In this document: positions 58,185-64,000 of the stretch, in pieces
Position numbering within the stretch: position 1 is the stretch's first letter
Layout of the letters: the number at the start of each line of letters is the position of its first letter
Source of the DNA: an uncultured virus (IMG/VR IMGVR_UViG_3300044633_000491)
Taxonomy: Duplodnaviria; Heunggongvirae; Uroviricota; Caudoviricetes
Virus record (IMG/VR): IMGVR_UViG_3300044633_000491
Location: 1-64,000 of that record
Strand: one strand, 5' to 3'
DNA: 64,000 bases
Position numbers and translations under genes: made by a program
The notes under the pieces: model-generated
Told to the model about the DNA's origin: nothing
Databases searched by the model: none
What the model saw: only the letters and a program-made list of their open reading frames with translations

Positions 58185-59576
58185 ATGATAAAAAGTAATT
58201 TCCTGACTGCTGCAGAAGAAATGAAGGACAAGTTAGGTCCTGCTCTCTGCTTGGCTAAGTGGCAACAGGTAAGTCTACACTTGCCTACAGGACTTACTAA
58301 CAGTTGCTATCACCCACCCTTACATGAGATCGACAGTGCTCCGTTGCTATTCAATCCCGGTGCGCTACATAATACTGATTACAAGAAACAACAGCGCAAA
58401 CTCATGCTAGAGCAAACACGCCCGGCTGAATGCAGCTACTGCTGGAGTGCCGAAGATAACCAGCAACTAAGCGATAGACACTATCGTTCCGGTGAGCCGT
58501 GGGCGGCTGAACACTATGAAACGATAGTAAACGCACCATGGGACCAAGACGTTGTACCAAGTTATGTTGAAGTAAACTTCAGTCATGGCTGTAACTTAGC
58601 TTGTTCATATTGCAGTCCGCAGTACAGTACAGAATGGGGCAAAGATATTGGCAGATGGGGAGCATACCCAACTAGTACTCCGCACAATGCGCCCGAACAC
58701 TTTCAAGGTCGACGTAAACCTATTCCAGTTCGTGAAGCTAATCCCTATGTAGAAGCATTTTGGCGTTGGTGGCCTGAATTATACCCTAAACTTAAACATT
58801 TCCGTATGACAGGTGGTGAACCACTTATGGATAAGAATACGCATCGTGTGTTTGATTATATACTTGCCTTGCCTAAGAGTGACCTGCACGTAGATGTTAC
58901 TAGCAACTTCAGTGTTGAGCCTGAACTGTTTGACAAGTATCTAGACAAAGTAAAACAGCTATGTGAGGGTGAACGCATCGAACACTTTATGCAATATGTT
59001 AGCTTAGATACCGGACTTCCTGAACATGCAGAATATATACGCGATGGGCTATATTGGGATAGAGTCATGCGCTATACTAACGATTTCCTAGCAGTAGTGC
59101 CATACCGCAATAGCCTAACGTTTATTATTACAATGAACAATTTAAACATACTTGGACTAAAACTTTTATTGACACAGATATTAGAGATGCGTAACAAATA
59201 CAGCACAACTTATCAACGTGTGTGGTTTGATACGCCACTATTACGTAGCCCAACCTATCAAAGTTTACAAATACTACCAGCAAGTTATGTTCGCATATTA
59301 GAAGATGTTGTTACATTTATGCGAGCAAATCAAGCAGATGAAACTGCTGATAACTTTGGGGGCTTTAAAGATTACGAAATACAACGTATGGAACGTAATG
59401 TAGATTGGATGAAACAAGGTTGCGAACTTGCCGCAGACTATGTTACAATACAAAGAGCAGACTTCTATAGATTTTTTAATGAATACGATAAACGCAGAGG
59501 GTTAAACTTTTTGGAAACATTTCCACAAATGAAAGAGTTTTGGCAGGAGTGCAAATACCATGCCGAAACTAACTAA
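58185..59576 (+). CDS. Radical SAM protein with an N-terminal twitch/SPASM-like Cys domain
   Basis: CLAKW..SCYH..CSYCW followed by CNLACSYC and TGGEP. Confidence 0.9.
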   Translation: MIKSNFLTAAEEMKDKLGPALCLAKWQQVSLHLPTGLTNSCYHPPLHEIDSAPLLFNPGALHNTDYKKQQRKLMLEQTRPAECSYCWSAEDNQQLSDRHYRSGEPWAAEHYETIVNAPWDQDVVPSYVEVNFSHGCNLACSYCSPQYSTEWGKDIGRWGAYPTSTPHNAPEHFQGRRKPIPVREANPYVEAFWRWWPELYPKLKHFRMTGGEPLMDKNTHRVFDYILALPKSDLHVDVTSNFSVEPELFDKYLDKVKQLCEGERIEHFMQYVSLDTGLPEHAEYIRDGLYWDRVMRYTNDFLAVVPYRNSLTFIITMNNLNILGLKLLLTQILEMRNKYSTTYQRVWFDTPLLRSPTYQSLQILPASYVRILEDVVTFMRANQADETADNFGGFKDYEIQRMERNVDWMKQGCELAADYVTIQRADFYRFFNEYDKRRGLNFLETFPQMKEFWQECKYHAETN

Positions 59577-60936
59577 CGAAACAGATGTAGAATATAAGCG
59601 CAGAGTGATTGACATTAAGTCAGCGAGCTTCTGTGCGGCTAAATGGTATAACGCTACTATATGGTTAGGGTCGGGACAGACTACTAGCTGTCATCACCCA
59701 TTGCCTCATGCTATTGACCTAGAAGCAATTAAAACTAATCCCAGTGCTATCCATAACACTCCGCAAAAGAAATTAGAGCGTAAACAGATGCAGGTGGGTG
59801 AACGTCCCAGTGGATGCGAATACTGCTGGAAGATTGAAGACATGTACAAGGATCCTAAATATACCGGAGTTGATGTTGGCACTCCAATTAGTGATCGTGT
59901 ATACAAAACAGTAATTTATGATGATAAGGATTTAGATCTTGCCTACAACACCGACTACCAAGAAGATGTTAATTTACAAACTTTGGAAATCGCATTCGAC
60001 AGAACTTGTCAGCTTGCTTGTAGCTACTGTAACCCTGCTTTCAGTACCGCCTGGGTTAGAGATATTAAACGCAATGGAGCCTATGAACACCTTGTATCTG
60101 ACGGACGCAATCACTTTACTCACACTCACGATCATAGCCAACTGTTTACTATTGATCAAGTCAATCCTTACGTTGAAGCATTCTTTAAGTGGTGGGAGTC
60201 AGACCTACACAAAACATTAAAAGAACTGCGTATCACCGGCGGCGAACCGCTTATGTCGGGGTACACATGGCGCCTAATAGAATGGTTCCAACAGAATAAA
60301 GGACAAAGCACCACACGTCTTGCTATCAACAGCAACTTGTGCTTTGAACAAGATAAGTTAGAGAGGTTATTAGATGCTACACAAGGTATCGAACTGGATT
60401 TGTACACTAGCAACGAAAGCTGGGGTCGCCACGCAATGTATATACGCGATGGTTTGGATTGGGATCAGTGGGTTAATAATGTTATGTTCTTATTGGATAG
60501 CGGTAAGTTGCGTGGCCTACATGTTATGTGTACCATCAATGCTCTATGCTTATTAAGCATAACAGATCTACTATGGATGATTGTTAAATTTAAACGCAAA
60601 TACGGTAAGGATAGTATTAACTTTAGCCTAAATATCCTACGTTTTCCTAGTTTTCAAAGCCCACTAATATTACCGTTAGAATTGCGCAAACAGTTTGCCA
60701 AGGATCTAGGACAGTTTGGTACTGCGGCACACGAACATCTACATGAATATGAATTCAATCAATTACAAAGATTAATTGAATACCTGAACACAGTAGACAG
60801 TCCACATAGCGGAGCATTATCACGTGAAATATTACAGCGTGACTTTAAGAACTTTTATCAGCAATACGACCAACGCCGCGGTCTAGACTTTAAATATACA
60901 TTTACACAATTAGCTAACTGGTACGATACACTATGA
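59560..60936 (+). CDS. Radical SAM protein with an N-terminal twitch/SPASM-like Cys domain (paralogue)
   Basis: CAAKW..SCHH..CEYCW followed by CQLACSYC and TGGEP. Confidence 0.9.
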   Translation: MPKLTNETDVEYKRRVIDIKSASFCAAKWYNATIWLGSGQTTSCHHPLPHAIDLEAIKTNPSAIHNTPQKKLERKQMQVGERPSGCEYCWKIEDMYKDPKYTGVDVGTPISDRVYKTVIYDDKDLDLAYNTDYQEDVNLQTLEIAFDRTCQLACSYCNPAFSTAWVRDIKRNGAYEHLVSDGRNHFTHTHDHSQLFTIDQVNPYVEAFFKWWESDLHKTLKELRITGGEPLMSGYTWRLIEWFQQNKGQSTTRLAINSNLCFEQDKLERLLDATQGIELDLYTSNESWGRHAMYIRDGLDWDQWVNNVMFLLDSGKLRGLHVMCTINALCLLSITDLLWMIVKFKRKYGKDSINFSLNILRFPSFQSPLILPLELRKQFAKDLGQFGTAAHEHLHEYEFNQLQRLIEYLNTVDSPHSGALSREILQRDFKNFYQQYDQRRGLDFKYTFTQLANWYDTL

Positions 60937-63488
60937 GCGACGAGCCAAGCAAAAAATTAACAGTACATCACAAAAATCACAATTACAATACTCGTAAACC
61001 TGTTTATATACACGAAGATGATTTAACCAAAGATCATACATATAAACTGATAGAAAGTAAACACTTCTGCATGATACCGTGGACGCACATGCATGGTATT
61101 CCCGATGGTCGAGCATATCCCTGCTGTCTGGGTGAAATGCATTTGCCGATTGGTAATTTCAAAGACAATACCATGAAGGAAGTATGGAATGGAACTCCGT
61201 ACAAACAGATGCGTCTAAACATGTTAGAAGATAAACCCAGCAAAGAATGCACACGCTGTTACGAGCAAGAAGATAATGGATTCTTTAGTATGCGCAATAG
61301 CCAAAATAAAAACTTTGGTCATCATATTGCATTAACAGATAAAACCAATGCCGATGGAAGTTTAGATGACTTTAAACTACGCTACTATGATGTACGTTTC
61401 TCTAATCTATGTAACTTTAGTTGTCGTACCTGTGGTAGTTTGTTCAGCAGTAGTTGGTACGCAGAAGAAACTAAACTATTTGGTAAATTAAACCATCCTC
61501 AGATTATGTTTGCTGGTAAAAATAAAGATGACATGTGGGAACAGATGCAGGAACATATCCCATACCTAGAACAGATTTACTTTGCCGGCGGTGAACCATT
61601 GATTATGGAAGAACACTATCGCATTCTCGAAGAATTAGTCAAACGTGAAATGTTCCATGTACGATTGATCTATAATACAAACTTTAGTCACATACGTCTT
61701 AAAGATAAGATGGTGTTTGAATACTGGAAACTGTTTGATACAGTTTGTGTAGGTGCAAGTTTAGATGACTCGTATCTCCGCGGAGAGTACATACGTAAAG
61801 GTACAGACTGGGCAGAAACAGTAGAAAACCGTCGCAAAATGATTGAAATTTGCCCCAATGTTGACTTTTATGTTAGCAGTACAGTTAGTATACTCAATGC
61901 CTGGCATTTGACTGAATTCCATAAAGAATGGGTCGACCTTGGTTTGATTAGAGCAATGGATTGGAATGTAAATATTTTGCAAAGTCCAGAACGTGATCGA
62001 ATTGATGTATTACCAATTCAATTTAAAGACAGAATTAAACAACGAGTTGAAGAACATATTGCCTGGCTAGCTCCAATAGATCAACTGCAACGGGCTACTT
62101 CTGGTTATAAAGCTATTATTACATTCATGTATCAAGATGATAAGAGTCACTTATTGGGAGAATTCTTTAAGATAAATGATCAAACTGATGAATTCCGTAG
62201 AGAAAAATTTGAAACGATATTTCCTGAATATCGAGAGTTGCGCAATCACTTAGGCATTAATAAAACGCATGATAGTATTTGTATGTTGCCGTGGGTCAGT
62301 TTAGAAGCTAGCCCAGTGGGTACTGCTCGTCCGTGTTGTCTGGCTAAAGATGAAATTACCAAACCCAACGGCACTCCGTATAAACTAAAAGAAAGTTCAT
62401 TGGCAGAAATTTATAACAGTGAATATATGCAGAATCTTCGACAACAATTTCGACGCGGTGAAAAGCCTAGTACATGTAATCGTTGTTGGAGTGAAGAAGA
62501 TGCCGGCATAGTTAGTAAACGTATCAACAGTAGAATTAGACTTAAAGAATTCTATCCTATCGTTGATTGGAAAAATGACACGCCAGATCAACTATGGTTT
62601 ATTGATTTAAAACTAGGTAATATCTGTAATCTTAAATGTCGTATATGTGGATCATGGTCTAGTAGTAAATGGGCCAAAGAAGAAATTGATTACGAGTCTA
62701 GGAAATACAAAGAGGTACAAGGATACAATCGCAAACAACATAGTGCATACAAATTTCTACAAGATGGCACATGGCCAAGAGAAAGCGAAGTATTTTGGGA
62801 AAATTTAAAAGAACTACTGCCCAATATCAAGTACTTTGAATTTACCGGTGGAGAACCATTCTTAATTGAAGAACATTTTAAACTATTACGCTATGCAGTC
62901 GACCACGGGTACAGTAGTCGTATAGATATACACTATAATACCAATGGTACAGTATATCCGACAGATGAAGAAGCTAGTCTATGGGGTAAATTTCGAAATG
63001 TTGAGATCGCTGTTAGCATAGATAATACCGAAGAACGATTTGAATATGAACGTTACGGTGCCAACTGGAAAGAAGTAACAGTCAATGTAGTTAAATTTAA
63101 TGCAATGAGAACTAATTTAATTAAAACACAAGTTTGTATGACTGTAAACATACAAAATGTTTATTACTTGCCAGAATTGTGTGATTGGGTTAATACTCAA
63201 TCTTTTGATATGGTGCATTTTAATATGTTACATGATCCCAATGTAATGTGTATTAATCGTATGACTCCTGTTGCACAAAAATTAGTTATAGATAGATTAA
63301 CCGTTTATCCGTTCAATGTCAAACATCGAGTAGAAATTGATAAAATAATTCAATTTATTGAAAACGGCCAAGGCAGCGATGGTACAGAATTTGTACAGAA
63401 AATGCAACAGACTGATGTGTATCGTGAGCAGAGTATGTTAACTACACATAGAGAAATTGCACTAGCAATGGGCTATGTTGAAGCCTAG
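60933..63488 (+). CDS. Tandem double radical SAM protein
   Basis: Two units: CMIPW..CC..CTRC..CNFSCRTC..GGEP and CMLPW..CC..CNRC..CNLKCRIC..GGEP; the second begins near 62280. Confidence 0.9.
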   Translation: MSDEPSKKLTVHHKNHNYNTRKPVYIHEDDLTKDHTYKLIESKHFCMIPWTHMHGIPDGRAYPCCLGEMHLPIGNFKDNTMKEVWNGTPYKQMRLNMLEDKPSKECTRCYEQEDNGFFSMRNSQNKNFGHHIALTDKTNADGSLDDFKLRYYDVRFSNLCNFSCRTCGSLFSSSWYAEETKLFGKLNHPQIMFAGKNKDDMWEQMQEHIPYLEQIYFAGGEPLIMEEHYRILEELVKREMFHVRLIYNTNFSHIRLKDKMVFEYWKLFDTVCVGASLDDSYLRGEYIRKGTDWAETVENRRKMIEICPNVDFYVSSTVSILNAWHLTEFHKEWVDLGLIRAMDWNVNILQSPERDRIDVLPIQFKDRIKQRVEEHIAWLAPIDQLQRATSGYKAIITFMYQDDKSHLLGEFFKINDQTDEFRREKFETIFPEYRELRNHLGINKTHDSICMLPWVSLEASPVGTARPCCLAKDEITKPNGTPYKLKESSLAEIYNSEYMQNLRQQFRRGEKPSTCNRCWSEEDAGIVSKRINSRIRLKEFYPIVDWKNDTPDQLWFIDLKLGNICNLKCRICGSWSSSKWAKEEIDYESRKYKEVQGYNRKQHSAYKFLQDGTWPRESEVFWENLKELLPNIKYFEFTGGEPFLIEEHFKLLRYAVDHGYSSRIDIHYNTNGTVYPTDEEASLWGKFRNVEIAVSIDNTEERFEYERYGANWKEVTVNVVKFNAMRTNLIKTQVCMTVNIQNVYYLPELCDWVNTQSFDMVHFNMLHDPNVMCINRMTPVAQKLVIDRLTVYPFNVKHRVEIDKIIQFIENGQGSDGTEFVQKMQQTDVYREQSMLTTHREIALAMGYVEA

Positions 63489-64000
63489 TACACTTTGTCT
63501 TGCGCCCTGGGTACATACATACCTAAGCCCTCAGACCGAACGACGTATGTGCTGTGCCAGTCGCGAACCTGCGCAAAATTTTGAACAATATATTGACGTC
63601 TCGGCGGGTACAGGGCGTTATATACCAATAACTCTGGATGAACACTGGAATAGCGAGCACATGCGGTCGGTCCGTCGTCGCATGATTGCTGGGGAAACCC
63701 TCCCAGAGTGTGAGGTATGTAATGATAAGCTGTTGAACACATCAGTTTACCGTAGTTATTTTGATTCTATGTTCGGACATAAATATTTACAAGTAACAGA
63801 CACAACAGATTCAACAGGTTACACAACTATGCGCCCTGTGAGTTGGGATTATAGATTTAGTAACTTATGTAACTTTAAATGTCGTATGTGTGGTGATATG
63901 TTATCAAGTGCTTGGGAAACTGAGCAACGTCAACATAATATGATTAACTGGCATAACCCCAAGAACAATTGGATGAAGCCAGAAGTAAAGCAAGAAATTA
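63475..64000 (+). CDS. Radical SAM protein, truncated by the window edge
   Basis: Manual translation: MLKPSTLCLAPW...MCC...CEVC...RFSNLCNFKCRMC; not in the ORF track. Confidence 0.88.
   Translation, partial: MLKPSTLCLAPWVHTYLSPQTERRMCCASREPAQNFEQYIDVSAGTGRYIPITLDEHWNSEHMRSVRRRMIAGETLPECEVCNDKLLNTSVYRSYFDSMFGHKYLQVTDTTDSTGYTTMRPVSWDYRFSNLCNFKCRMCGDMLSSAWETEQRQHNMINWHNPKNNWMKPEVKQEI

Noticed and set aside
63485..63742. 85-aa minus-strand ORF in the track
   Set aside because: It is the shadow of the + strand radical-SAM gene starting at 63475.
1..64000. Stop-codon reassignment, diversity-generating retroelement, or invertible fibre cassette
   Set aside because: Core genes are intact under the standard code and all three stops are used; no reverse transcriptase, invertase or template/variable repeat pair was seen.

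Overview
The window is a 64-kb, AT-rich, densely coding segment of a large T4-like (myovirus/jumbo-type) phage genome using the standard genetic code. 1-10 kb (- strand) is the head module (portal gp20, acidic core protein, prohead protease gp21, scaffold gp22, major capsid gp23) plus a tape-measure-like gene. 10-19 kb holds gp26/gp51-like genes, a ~550-nt non-coding region, two GIY-YIG genes, an Hc1-like peptide, gp46/gp47 and late sigma gp55, with amidinotransferase- and sulfotransferase-like genes interleaved. 19-50 kb (+ strand) is the baseplate/tail module (gp53, hub, gp5, gp25, gp6, a 4235-aa protein, several fibres). 50-64 kb is a sigma70-type-promoter cluster of glycosyltransferase-like genes and six radical-SAM domains, interrupted by an HNH insertion. 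The most notable signals are: (1) a ~380-nt multi-hairpin, doubly pseudoknotted RNA starting at the stop codon of a stand-alone GIY-YIG gene; (2) a probable -1 frameshift joining the gp26-like and gp51-like ORFs; (3) two late leader RNAs whose loops can pair over the translation start region; (4) the GT/radical-SAM array; (5) a late promoter nested inside the gp55 promoter. All family calls come from motif recognition and gene order by eye, and all RNA structures were folded by hand; no searches were run.
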